NCBI GenBank assembly: GCA_964601325.1
Contig: CAZRNA010000001.1
Coordinates: 4,042 to 68,041, forward strand
Source of the DNA: an uncultured Candidatus Bathyarchaeia archaeon
GTDB lineage: Archaea; Thermoproteota; Bathyarchaeia; 40CM-2-53-6
Length of the DNA stretch: 64,000 nucleotides
Reading direction: 5' to 3'
This document shows, one piece after another, positions 18,850-28,419 of this stretch. The position numbers were made by a program, and so were the translations under genes. Within the stretch, counting starts at the first letter, position 1. The number at the start of each line of letters is the position of its first letter. The notes beneath the pieces were generated by a model, which saw only the letters and a list, made by a program, of their open reading frames with translations, was not told the origin of the DNA and ran no database searches.

Positions 18850-20123
18850 TATGAGACGAGACTCGACAGCGCCGATTCTCCGAGCACGCTTGCCGAGGCT
18901 CTTTGAACCTCATCTCTGTACTGTTCATCCGTATAGACTCGAATGATGTTCATATAGGCCGTCAGCACGTCAACGATTTTCGAGACCTCTGAGATCTTCT
19001 GTGGCAGTTTCTCGCCGTTTGGGCCCCGGTAGAAGACCGGGATATCCATAGGTTCCAGTTCTGCTGCCGAGTGGTATGGTACCGACGGAAGAGACGGCAA
19101 GTCTATGCTGACATCTTCGACGGCAACTTTCGCCTTATGCGCAATCTCCTCCTCCATCTTGACTCGAACCGTGTCCTTCGTGAAGAGACTTGAGAGAAAC
19201 TCGTCTTTCACGAAGAAAGTCTTCTCGTATGCACACTTGAGCAGCCTACGGCGGTCAAGGTCATCAACTATCGTTCTGGATTTCGCGCTCCTACGGAGTG
19301 CAGCCCACACGACATCGTCGTCGAGTGCAAGATACTCGTCAACAGAGCCAAGCTGGGTGATGTCGAGATCGTCCTTTGCATACTCCAGAGCCTTCAGTAG
19401 CATTAACTGGGCTGCGCGTGAAGTCTTGTGGAAGTAGATTGTTCTGAACGATTCCAGCCTCGCCAGTATGAAGCTCTCAAGTGTTGAAAGAGCCGTCACA
19501 TCCACGGCCAGGTTGCCGTTGAGAACATCCATCGTGTAGATTAGACGGAAAATGTCGACACCACCGTACCCGGCGCCGGTGTGGTACGAGTCTCGAAGCA
19601 CAAAGTCCATCTTATCGACATCCACTGAGCTCCGAATGATTTGATCAAGATAGGCACGTTTCGGATCCTCGAATCTTCCAACACATAGTCTGCTGACGAG
19701 ATTCGGATCCAGCCCTTCGTGTTGGAGCACCTTAGAGAGTTCTGAGTTGAGGATGATGCTTGTGGACATGTCCTCGTGGGTCTTCCCAACATACTTCTGC
19801 AGTAGCGGTTCGAAGAGATGTGAGAATGGTGCGTGACCCACATCATGCAGCAATGCGGCAACCTTCACGGCCTTCTTCTCACCTTCATCAAGTCTCACAG
19901 GGAGATTCTCAGACACGACTCCAGCCAAGTACATTGTTCCCAGCACATGCTCAAAGCGAGTGTGCGTAGCCGCAGGATACACGTACTCGGCCCCAGAAAG
20001 CTGTCTGATTCTTCTCAGCCGCTGAACTGGGCCGGTGTCGAGTATTCTCTTCTCGGTTTCTGTGAGCCTAATGTAACCATAAATCGGATCTTTGATGAAG
20101 CCCCAGAAGCCCTTTTCGCTCAA
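18846..20123 (-). CDS. HD-domain phosphohydrolase (dNTP triphosphohydrolase / dGTPase-like)
   Basis: 'RFEHVLGTMYLAG' and 'LLHDVGHAPFSHLFE' form the H...HD motif of the HD superfamily. 425 aa. Confidence 0.7.
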   Translation of the reverse strand: MSEKGFWGFIKDPIYGYIRLTETEKRILDTGPVQRLRRIRQLSGAEYVYPAATHTRFEHVLGTMYLAGVVSENLPVRLDEGEKKAVKVAALLHDVGHAPFSHLFEPLLQKYVGKTHEDMSTSIILNSELSKVLQHEGLDPNLVSRLCVGRFEDPKRAYLDQIIRSSVDVDKMDFVLRDSYHTGAGYGGVDIFRLIYTMDVLNGNLAVDVTALSTLESFILARLESFRTIYFHKTSRAAQLMLLKALEYAKDDLDITQLGSVDEYLALDDDVVWAALRRSAKSRTIVDDLDRRRLLKCAYEKTFFVKDEFLSSLFTKDTVRVKMEEEIAHKAKVAVEDVSIDLPSLPSVPYHSAAELEPMDIPVFYRGPNGEKLPQKISEVSKIVDVLTAYMNIIRVYTDEQYRDEVQRASASVLGESALSSLVSY

Positions 20124-20246
20124 AGTTGCTCCGTCTCACAGAATACGTATGCCATTCTCTGCTCTGCTTGTCCTTAAAAGGCAAGAAGCTGCCATGTGGA
20201 TACTTGAGAGAGTGGAAGCCCGACCGACACCATTTTCTATACGACC

Positions 20247-20891
20247 TTGGCGGAGACCTCAAAACGACAGGAGCGGCAGGTTGTGAATAGACCCCACAAA
20301 GGGGCATTCATAGTTCTCGAGGGTGGCGATGGTTCTGGAAAGACCACTCAGGCAAGATCGCTCCAATCTGCGCTGAGACACGGGGGTTACAAGGTCCACT
20401 CGACAGCTGAGCCAAGCCTAAGCACAGTAGGCAGACTGATTCGGCGAAGGATACTCCATGGGAAGAAGACTTCGCCGGAGGTCGAGGCCCTTCTATTCGC
20501 CGCTGACCGATTCCTGCACCTAGAGTCCGAGATATTCCCTGCGCTCGCTGACGGAAAGATTGTCGTGTGTGACCGCTACATGTATGCCTCCTTCGCCTAT
20601 CAAGGCGCCCAAGGTGTAAACGCAGATTGGCTTCGCGAGATCAACCGGTTCGCCGTGAAACCAGACCTCGTACTCTACTTGGACGTTCCCGCTGAGACTG
20701 GTATGAGCAGGATAAGGAGAAAGAAGAGCATCTTGGAGAAGCTGGAACTTCAACGGCGTGTGAGAGACGAGTACCTGAGACTGGTTCGAGCGGGAGAACT
20801 CACGCTCGTTGATTCAACCCAACCGATCACGAAAGTAAGTGAGAATATCCTAGACTTGGTCGCACAGAAGATACGAGAACTGGAAATCTAG
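20247..20891 (+). CDS. tmk: Thymidylate kinase
   Basis: P-loop 'LEGGDGSGKTTQ', 'DRY' motif 'CDRYMYAS' and a LID region with R/K residues. Confidence 0.8.
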   Translation: MAETSKRQERQVVNRPHKGAFIVLEGGDGSGKTTQARSLQSALRHGGYKVHSTAEPSLSTVGRLIRRRILHGKKTSPEVEALLFAADRFLHLESEIFPALADGKIVVCDRYMYASFAYQGAQGVNADWLREINRFAVKPDLVLYLDVPAETGMSRIRRKKSILEKLELQRRVRDEYLRLVRAGELTLVDSTQPITKVSENILDLVAQKIRELEI

Positions 20892-21805
20892 AGGTACTTC
20901 TTCGGGAATTTCGCAATGATCGTCCAAACGTTTCCAAGGTTAGCCTTCGCGATCTGGGTGCAGAGCTGATACGCGTCCCACCGATCATAACCGTACTCGC
21001 TCTCAAGCCACCGGATCAACTCTACAAAAGCAATTCTCACCGCCTCGTCTAGTGGCATGCCGGTGCCAGAGCACGCGACGGCAGCGATGAATTCTCCGGA
21101 CTCGATTCGAGGCCAACCTATCTGCTTCTTCTTGATCACCTCGACAGTTGCCTCAACTTCAGCAGGCATCTCTATTGCCGTTCCACATAGTTCCGCGTCG
21201 CCTTGAGTTGCATGAACATCGCCGATGTAGAGGTAGGCGCCGCTGATGTTGACCGGCAAGTAGAGCGTGTTTCCACATGCGATGTCCGGCACGTCCATGT
21301 TTCCTCCATGAGGACCAGGCTTCTCGCTCGAGATCGATTCGATCTCGGGAGCAGTCCCGATCGTACCAATCATTGGACTATATGGAAGCGTGTGCTTATC
21401 ATCAAAGACCACCTTGCCGTCGCGTATCGGGCAGACGCGTGTTCCGTGCGGAGGATTCACTCCGAGGAAATCTTGGTATGCGTACTTTGCTTGGTCGCAC
21501 AGGTACCACCACCAAGACGGGATACGTGTCGCACCCTGACCTATTCTCGGGCGAATATCTTTGATCTTCACTGCGAGCGTGTCGCCCTTCTCGGCGCCGT
21601 CAACATAGATCGGTCCGACTACGGGGTTCGAGAAAGGCATGGCCTTTGTGTCCCGTCTATCTTGTGGACTCCTGATCTGGCCTGAGAAGGCATCCTCGGT
21701 CTCGACAAGAACGGTCTCTCCTGATCCTATTCGAAGAGTAGGTTCGTAGAATGGCCCTAGCGAGTACCGTAGTACCTTCTGATCAGCCAGGGTCAATCGC
21801 TTCAT
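20888..21805 (-). CDS. Formamidase / acetamidase (FmdA_AmdA family), second paralogue
   Basis: 'NPVVGPIYVDGAEKGDTLAVKI' and 'IGDVHATQGDAELCGTAIE' are present. It is collinear with 7835..8776. Confidence 0.7.
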   Translation of the reverse strand: MKRLTLADQKVLRYSLGPFYEPTLRIGSGETVLVETEDAFSGQIRSPQDRRDTKAMPFSNPVVGPIYVDGAEKGDTLAVKIKDIRPRIGQGATRIPSWWWYLCDQAKYAYQDFLGVNPPHGTRVCPIRDGKVVFDDKHTLPYSPMIGTIGTAPEIESISSEKPGPHGGNMDVPDIACGNTLYLPVNISGAYLYIGDVHATQGDAELCGTAIEMPAEVEATVEVIKKKQIGWPRIESGEFIAAVACSGTGMPLDEAVRIAFVELIRWLESEYGYDRWDAYQLCTQIAKANLGNVWTIIAKFPKKYL

Positions 21806-22831
21806 CTAAGTTTCCCTTCGAACCATGAATCGAGCAAGGCCCTCAATGGTATCTCTAGCGCTCGATTTCGGGAGTCTCTTGAGGGCGCTCAACCCGTCTT
21901 CGATGTATCTATCTGCTAGGCTCTTCGCGTGATCTAAGCATCCGTATTTCCTGTACAGGTCAATTGCTTCACCGATCTCTTCTTGTGAAATCGTCGACTT
22001 TCCGAGCACTTTCATGAACCGTTCCCTGTCTTCTGCCGAGGCGGATTTGACAAGGTGTGCGGCCATGATGGTCCGCTTGCCTTCTCTGATGTCGCCGCCG
22101 ATCTCCTTCCCGTACTTGTGAACGTCACCAGTGACATTCAATAGATCGTCAACGATCTGAAAGCCCACGCCTGTGGCTTCGCCGAACTTGGTTGCAGCAG
22201 ACAGCTGACTCTTTTTTCCGCCTGCTGCGATCACGCCCGCCTCACAGGCCAAAGCAATGAGCGCGCTTGTCTTGTTCCGGAGCACTTCGATAACGTCCTC
22301 TTCAGTGAAGTCCTGTCGGTTATTGAGTTCGAATTCCAGTGCTTGACCTTTGGTAATCTGGAACGCCCTGTCAGCGAATCGCTGAATGAGCTTGTTCTTG
22401 GTCGTCGCGTCAAGTGATCCGCCTGTGGCGGCTTCGAAGACTTTGATCAGCATCGCGTCGCCGGAGTTGATTGCTGTCGATTGCCCGAACATTATGTGGA
22501 TGCACGGTTTCCCTCGTCTTAGTTCGCTCTGGTCCTCGATGTCGTCATGAATCAACGTCATGTTGTGGAGGATCTCAATTGCGCCTGCGGCTGGAAGGGC
22601 TCTTCGTTCTTGACCTCCAACTACTTTGCAGAAGAGAAGTGTGAGGGCTGGCCTGAACCTCTTTCCTCCACGATCGAGTAGTTCCCACATCGGCTGATGA
22701 AGCGTGCCGGGTTGGCCGGCCCGCGGAATGTATTCTTCGATTTGTCGATTCACCATAGTTGCGTACTTTTCAAGCACAGAATTTAGTTCGCTCATGGGTA
22801 ACTGACGCTCTTGAGGCATTAGTGTTGTCAA
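21806..22831 (-). CDS. Geranylgeranyl diphosphate synthase (short-chain trans-prenyltransferase)
   Basis: First DDxxD motif is 'LIHDDIEDQSELRRGKP' and second is 'FQIVDDLLNVTGD'. Confidence 0.8.
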   Translation of the reverse strand: MTTLMPQERQLPMSELNSVLEKYATMVNRQIEEYIPRAGQPGTLHQPMWELLDRGGKRFRPALTLLFCKVVGGQERRALPAAGAIEILHNMTLIHDDIEDQSELRRGKPCIHIMFGQSTAINSGDAMLIKVFEAATGGSLDATTKNKLIQRFADRAFQITKGQALEFELNNRQDFTEEDVIEVLRNKTSALIALACEAGVIAAGGKKSQLSAATKFGEATGVGFQIVDDLLNVTGDVHKYGKEIGGDIREGKRTIMAAHLVKSASAEDRERFMKVLGKSTISQEEIGEAIDLYRKYGCLDHAKSLADRYIEDGLSALKRLPKSSARDTIEGLARFMVRRET

Positions 22832-22865
22832 AGACCATATGTCTTTGCTGGGGCTCGATCTGTGG

Positions 22866-25146
22866 CTAGTCGTGGGAGGTTGTGTCGTCTTCCCTGTATG
22901 GGGCTGTGAGTAACTTTCTGATCCGCTCAGAGATCTTCTTGCCTATGCCCTCTACGTTTTGAAGTTCCTTGTCTGATGCCAAGAAGACCCTCTCCACTGT
23001 GCCGAATGCATTCAGCAGCCGCCTTGCGATGACCGTGTCGACTAGCGGCAGACCTGCCACAACGAATTCCTGTTCGCGCGCGAGTGAGTCGGGCTTGCGT
23101 TCCATTCTTATTCGGGGCCGGCGCTCTCCCTTTGACTGCTCACGCCTTGCGATTGAGAGCAGCAGGAGAGCGGTCTCAGAGGGGCTTCTAGTCCACACCA
23201 CGGGTACACCGAAGTCTACGATGATGCTTGCAAGTGCCCCCATGACAGCCTCTGGTGCGATGTTACGCGCGGTCTGGAAACCCTCTCCCTCGATCAGCAG
23301 GATCGGCATCTCGTACGCTGACTTGAGGTTGGAGATCTGCTCGAACAATCTCCCATCGATTATAGATGCAACAAAATCCTCAACGGTCTTTCGTTCTATC
23401 GCCGTTCGGTCTGAAATCACGAAGTCGCCTATGCTGAGCGTCTCCTGGGTGATGAGGATGTCGTACTTGGAAAGTTCCCTAGTAGTCGGTGAACCTAGTT
23501 CACGCGCGTCAACGATTATCGTCGGCTTCTGCGATGTCACTATCACAGGTTCCTCCTTCAGGAACTCCTCCAAGTTAGGCTGGTCGAGGTCCGTTTCGGT
23601 CGCCTGAGACGCGACCTGCTTCAACGCAACGGCCATCATCCTTTCTCTTCGTCGAGAGATGTAATAGTATGCCTCATCCCTAGTTCCAATGGCCATGAGC
23701 ACTGTTGCCTTGCCAGGACCCTTCCTGCCCGTCCTTCCCCTCCGCTGAATGTATCGGATCGCGCTCGGCACTGTGTCGTAGAATATGACCTCGTCACATT
23801 CAACGATGTCTAGACCTTCTTCACCGATCTGGGTGGCGACCAAGACATTGTATTCGCCTGACTTGAAGTCCTCAAGAAGCATCGTCTGCTGCTTCTGAGA
23901 AAGGCCCTTGTCGGCGCTCTTCGTCTGCTGCCCCACAAGCCTTACGGCGGAGATGCCTGGCTGCTTGCTCAGCTCTTCAACAAGCCTAGCTGCGGTTGCT
24001 CTATAGTTGGTGAATACCATGACGCGCCTCGAACCGAGCGCAAATGTCTCTGTGATCCTCTTGAGGAGAACTTGCAATTTCGGATGCTCGTTCCCTTTGT
24101 CTATTTCCTGCGATGCTACTCTCGAAATATCTACGATCCTTGAATCCTCAAGAAACGCTCTGAGCCAGGGCATTGCTCGCTTCTTCAGTCGTTCTTGCAA
24201 GCTGTCAAGGTAGGCTTTCAGCGGGGAGAATCCCTGTGTCTCGAGGAGTTCCATCGCCTTGAGCGCATGAATTGAGGAATACAGGCCGAACGATATTCTT
24301 CGAAGCAGGTTCTTTGCAGCCGGCTCATGTATTGTGTCATGGCGTATCTTCTCTCTTGCTTCGAGAATATCGCGTAGACGAATTCGGTCCGCGTCAGCGG
24401 TGGGCAGATAGCCATAGTCTCTGGCTCCCTTCAGCACGTCCTTCACGTAGTCATCGAGCAACCGTTTGACTTCTCGGAAAACGGGGGGCAGTTCCACGGG
24501 GACCCAGTCGACCTTGATTCCTCCGACGAAAGGTTTCACGTCTTGATCTGAGATCGTGCGGGCCTCAATCCGTTTGATGTTGAGACGGTTGCAGACTTCC
24601 TGTATTGCCTCCTTGGTTGATCCCGGAGAAGCGGTGAGTCCAAGCACGAGGCCATGCGGGACTTTGCTGTATCGCTCTCCGATGTACGTGTAGGCGTAAT
24701 CGCCGACAGCTCTATGTGCCTCATCGAAAACGAGGAGACATATCCCAGCCAAGTCGATCTTGCCGGATATGAGATCATTAACGAAGACCTGAGGCGTTGA
24801 GACGACTAGGCGTTTCGCCCAAGCCTGACTCCTGTCATCCGGGGAGGTCTGTCCTGTTATGCAGGCGAATTCTTCAGGATCAAGTCGAAGCAAGCCTTTG
24901 AACGTCTTGTAGTGTTGTTCGACTAGTGGGCGTGTCGGCGCCAGCACCACCACGTGCCTTGCAGGGTACTGTTCTAGTCTCTTTGCGGCGACTAGAGCAG
25001 CGATCAGGGATTTCCCCAATCCTGTTGGTATGGAGACGAGTGTGTTGGCACGAAGTGCGTTCTCGGCTACCCTCTCTTGATACGTTCGCCTCTCGACCGA
25101 CTCTGCATTGATCAGAGGATGATCGAAGAGGCTGAGGTGAGCCAAG
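22866..25146 (-). CDS. hef: Hef-type helicase-nuclease (FANCM/XPF-like): DEAH helicase plus ERCC4 nuclease plus HhH2
   Basis: 'IPTGLGKS' (motif I), 'FDEAHRAVG' (DEAH) and 'RRGRTGR' (motif VI) mark the helicase. 'GDFVISDRTAIERKTVEDF' is the ERCC4 nuclease motif, and the C-terminus carries helix-hairpin-helix. The ORF-track start at 25256 overlaps the divergent DHH gene, so the likely start is a TTG near 25146. Confidence 0.8.
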
Positions 25147-25231
25147 TCTATCAACTCACAGCGTGATGTCGAGCGAATTAAGAATTGCCAAGCGGATCGC
25201 GGAGAAACACCCTGCCTGAAATACTTGAGGC

Positions 25232-26203
25232 TTGCATGGTGAGTTGGGAACGGCAATGCAGATCATAGCGCATGAGGATGCTGACGGAATCTGTAGCGCA
25301 GCAATTGTGAGGATGACTAACCCGTCTGCAAGGGTATTCTTCAGCAAGCCATGCAGTCTGCTGCATGATCTTGATCAGATGGAGACTCGAAGAGATCTTG
25401 TCGTACTCGATCTGGCACTGTGCGAACTTGCGAAGGAACAGATCGTAAGCAGACTGTCTCGCTGGGGTGGCAGAGTCCTCTACATCGATCACCATCCCGA
25501 CACTGCAATCTCCTTCCCAAGGCGGTCCAGCGTCGAGGTTGTCGCCGGCGACGTTTCAGCCTCGGAGTTGACGTTCACTCACCAGGGATCAGGCCTCAGA
25601 AGAGAAGCTGAGCGCATTATGCTGATGGGTGCAATCGGCGATTATGCGGATCTGACACCATTCTGCGTCGATCGTCTGAACAGGTGGGATAAGCGCTCTG
25701 TCTTCCTCCAAGCAGGCTTCCTGTGTGGAGCATTGGAGGTTACGCGACCCGATCACGAGTTTCATAGGCAGATTGTGGATCTCCTAGCTAGCTGTAGACC
25801 TCCCTGCGAAGACAGTAGAATCGTAGCATATGCGGTCAAGGCGAGCGAGCTAGAGGAATCGTTCAGGCAACGTGTAGAGAAGAGTGCTCAGAAGCTTGGG
25901 AGGATAGGTGTTGCCTATGACTTGAACGGTCCTGCCGGGAAGGGCGCAACCTATGCTGCTGCCGCTGCGGCCGTTAGCATCGGAGCTTACGTCGACAAGG
26001 ACATGCGTCGTGGCTCTGCGGATATTTCCTTTCGTGTCATTGACCGATCGGTTGACATGAACAGGATCCTTCGAACAGTCGCCCCCAAGCTGGGCGCCTC
26101 AGGAGGAGGACATCCGGAGGCCTGTGGCGCTCGGGTTCCTCTCGACAAGCTCGATGAGTTCTTCCAAGCGGTAAATGACATGCTGGCACCTAGCACGAAC
26201 TAG
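25232..26203 (+). CDS. DHH/DHHA1 phosphoesterase (NrnA/RecJ-like nuclease)
   Basis: 'IAHEDADGICSAAI' (motif I), 'YIDHHPD' (DHH) and C-terminal 'SGGGHPEACG' (DHHA1 GGGH). Confidence 0.7.
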   Translation: MHGELGTAMQIIAHEDADGICSAAIVRMTNPSARVFFSKPCSLLHDLDQMETRRDLVVLDLALCELAKEQIVSRLSRWGGRVLYIDHHPDTAISFPRRSSVEVVAGDVSASELTFTHQGSGLRREAERIMLMGAIGDYADLTPFCVDRLNRWDKRSVFLQAGFLCGALEVTRPDHEFHRQIVDLLASCRPPCEDSRIVAYAVKASELEESFRQRVEKSAQKLGRIGVAYDLNGPAGKGATYAAAAAAVSIGAYVDKDMRRGSADISFRVIDRSVDMNRILRTVAPKLGASGGGHPEACGARVPLDKLDEFFQAVNDMLAPSTN

Positions 26204-26246
26204 CACTATCCGGTCAATACCGTAGACATCCACGACAGTTCGTGAG

Positions 26247-26591
26247 CTACGCAGATCTGAGCTTTCTGATCTGCTCCAACGCAGAAAGGTACGTCTTGAC
26301 GGCTTCTCCAAGTTCTCGAAGGGGCGCGAGTCCATGCTCGCTCTTGATCGCCGCGTTCAGTTCAGCGATCTTCTCAAGGATCGCCTGATCAAGGTTGTCA
26401 AGCACTTGCTGACTGGCGAGCCTGACTTCTTCCTCAGCCGACTTGACGATCGCGACGGGACGATTGCACTTTGGACAGAACGTGTCTTTTCCGAGCCTGA
26501 ATAGTGGAGTTGCGCATACTGGGCATGTTTCTTGCAGCATTGTTGCGCCAGATCTGAGGAGATCTGCCATTCGCTTCACTTCTGCGCCCAT
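26247..26591 (-). CDS. UPF0148-family Zn-ribbon protein (archaeal homologue of the Sjogren/scleroderma autoantigen p27 family)
   Basis: 'LRSGATMLQETCPVCATPLFRL...FCPKCN' is the family signature. Confidence 0.55.
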   Translation of the reverse strand: MGAEVKRMADLLRSGATMLQETCPVCATPLFRLGKDTFCPKCNRPVAIVKSAEEEVRLASQQVLDNLDQAILEKIAELNAAIKSEHGLAPLRELGEAVKTYLSALEQIRKLRSA

Positions 26592-26631
26592 CCAAGATCG
26601 CCTGTCTAAGGGAAGGTTTTTGGGCGGGACC

Positions 26632-26640
26632 TATAAAATG
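26632..26640 (+). promoter_or_regulatory. Archaeal TATA-box-like element upstream of the UPF0147 gene
   Basis: 'CCTATAAAATG' lies at -45 from the ATG at 26677, spacing compatible with an archaeal box A / TSS arrangement. Confidence 0.25.
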
Positions 26641-26676
26641 CGTGAATCAGCGAGTTAGCGATGCGGGGCGCAGGGA

Positions 26677-26955
26677 TTGTCGAAGGCAAAGCGCAAGGAA
26701 GAATACGAGGAACGAACAAAACAAGCCATGGCCGTTCTTAACGAAGTTTCCCAAGACACAACGACCCCTAGAAACATAAGACGAGCCGCCAAGACCGCCA
26801 TGGATTCACTTCAGACGCCGGGCGTCAGCTTAGGCGTGAGGGCCGCGAACTCCATATCAATCCTCGACGATATCAGTCAGGATCCGAACATGCCACAATA
26901 CACTAGAGTGAAGATCTGGAACGCCGTGAGCCTGCTCGAAGCAATCAAGGACTAA
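26677..26955 (+). CDS. UPF0147-family protein
   Basis: 'PRNIRRAAKTAMDSL...ILDDISQDPNMP...RVKIWNAVSLLEAI' matches the conserved UPF0147 pattern. A TATA-like 'CTATAAAAT' lies about 45 nt upstream. Confidence 0.55.
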   Translation: MSKAKRKEEYEERTKQAMAVLNEVSQDTTTPRNIRRAAKTAMDSLQTPGVSLGVRAANSISILDDISQDPNMPQYTRVKIWNAVSLLEAIKD

Positions 26956-27091
26956 CACATCACCAAAACGACGATACCGTTTCAGCAGTTCGCATGGCCG
27001 CTAACGTGAGCAGATCCGGCCACAGCTGAGATTTCTCGGCAGCAACGAAGGCTTAAATTCAACAAAATCAAGCCCGGTGCAAGTGACGTGA

Positions 27092-27505
27092 TTGGGCTTT
27101 CTTGGAAATCATGCACCCTACGCGGCAGACTTGAATCTCGTCATCCAAATAGTCGTGCTTTCCATGTTGCTGGCTGGAGCATACTTTGTGAGAGCGTCGA
27201 AACTCAAAACTCATAGTCGTCTTATGAAATCGGCAATTATCACCCAGCTTGGTGCGCTGATCCTTTGGATGGGCCCATCCTTGGTGCTCAACATCGAGGC
27301 GTTGAGGTCGTTCACGTCTGGTGTGATCATTACAGCTCTGCATGCTCTAGGGGGCGTTTTGGCGCTGGCTCTCGCGATCAGTGCCTCTTACCATAGAACA
27401 ATTGGCTCTTTGCAGTTGAAATGGACTATGTGGTCAGCTTTCATCGTGTGGACTTCGACCGTAGTTCTCGGAATAGGCTTCTACGTTTACTACTACTTGC
27501 ACTGA
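27092..27505 (+). CDS. Hypothetical four-TM membrane protein
   Basis: 137 aa with four hydrophobic helices. Confidence 0.35.
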   Translation: MGFLGNHAPYAADLNLVIQIVVLSMLLAGAYFVRASKLKTHSRLMKSAIITQLGALILWMGPSLVLNIEALRSFTSGVIITALHALGGVLALALAISASYHRTIGSLQLKWTMWSAFIVWTSTVVLGIGFYVYYYLH

Positions 27506-27558
27506 AACTGCCTCGCAGCCACAAAGAGAGGCAATGCATTCCAGTGGTCTTTTGGAGC

Positions 27559-28419
27559 ATGAGCCTAATGAAACGACTCCAGCTTGACGAAAAAATCGAT
27601 CTCAGGCTTGCCTCAAGACTCGCGCTCCGATTCTACGCTGACACTAGACCACACACTCTTCAGACAGGAGGACTTCACAAGGGTGCCATTGTTGTCTGTA
27701 ACGGTACAGAACTTGTCGAAGAGGCACTTGGAATCGGTGTCCCGGTGTGCAGGTATCAGGACGGTGCGCGATTCTCACTTAGCGCGGACACATTTCTCGA
27801 CGATTCCAACGAGAATCCAACACTGATCAAGATCTATGACATGAATGGGATAGCTTCGAAGAGATTCCGCGGATTGCCAATACGACGCGGAAGTTCCCTT
27901 GCGAGCCTTCTCAAGGCCCTGGAGAAAAGATATCGCGTCTTGCACAGGTTCAGAACCGTAGCAACCGTGATGCTGGACATTCTTAGTCTGTTTGGGATGA
28001 GAAATGAGTACTTAGAGTCCCCCTCAAAAGGACAAGTCGCGGTTACTTATCGAAGGAAGGGTAGAGGCTTGCAGATCGAGGCCACTCTCGACGAACTGTC
28101 CCGCGAAGGTCTACAGAACATCGTCTTTGCGAATGAGCAAGGAGGAAGGCTATTCAATGAATATGAGGATTCAACCGGGATCAGGCTTCATGACACACAA
28201 ATTGAACCTTGGCGAACGACCCAAGCAGAGTGGGCGAGTCTGCGTTCCCGAGTGTTCGGTGTTGGATTCAGACTAAACCGGCCAAGCGGGTGGCTCATGG
28301 TGAGGGGAAGAGAGGTCGTCAGAAACCGCATTTCTTGGTCCGGTCTAGACTTGTCTTGTGGGGAGTTGCCTCAGAAATTGGAGTATCTGGTAGAGATAGC
28401 CGGAGAATGTGTTAGTTGA
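27559..28419 (+). CDS. Hypothetical protein. The start is probably the internal Met at about 27559, and the gene is cotranscribed with the downstream B12-radical SAM gene
   Basis: The long ORF has a 4-nt overlap (28416) with the next gene. No motifs are recognised. Confidence 0.4.
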   Translation: MSLMKRLQLDEKIDLRLASRLALRFYADTRPHTLQTGGLHKGAIVVCNGTELVEEALGIGVPVCRYQDGARFSLSADTFLDDSNENPTLIKIYDMNGIASKRFRGLPIRRGSSLASLLKALEKRYRVLHRFRTVATVMLDILSLFGMRNEYLESPSKGQVAVTYRRKGRGLQIEATLDELSREGLQNIVFANEQGGRLFNEYEDSTGIRLHDTQIEPWRTTQAEWASLRSRVFGVGFRLNRPSGWLMVRGREVVRNRISWSGLDLSCGELPQKLEYLVEIAGECVS

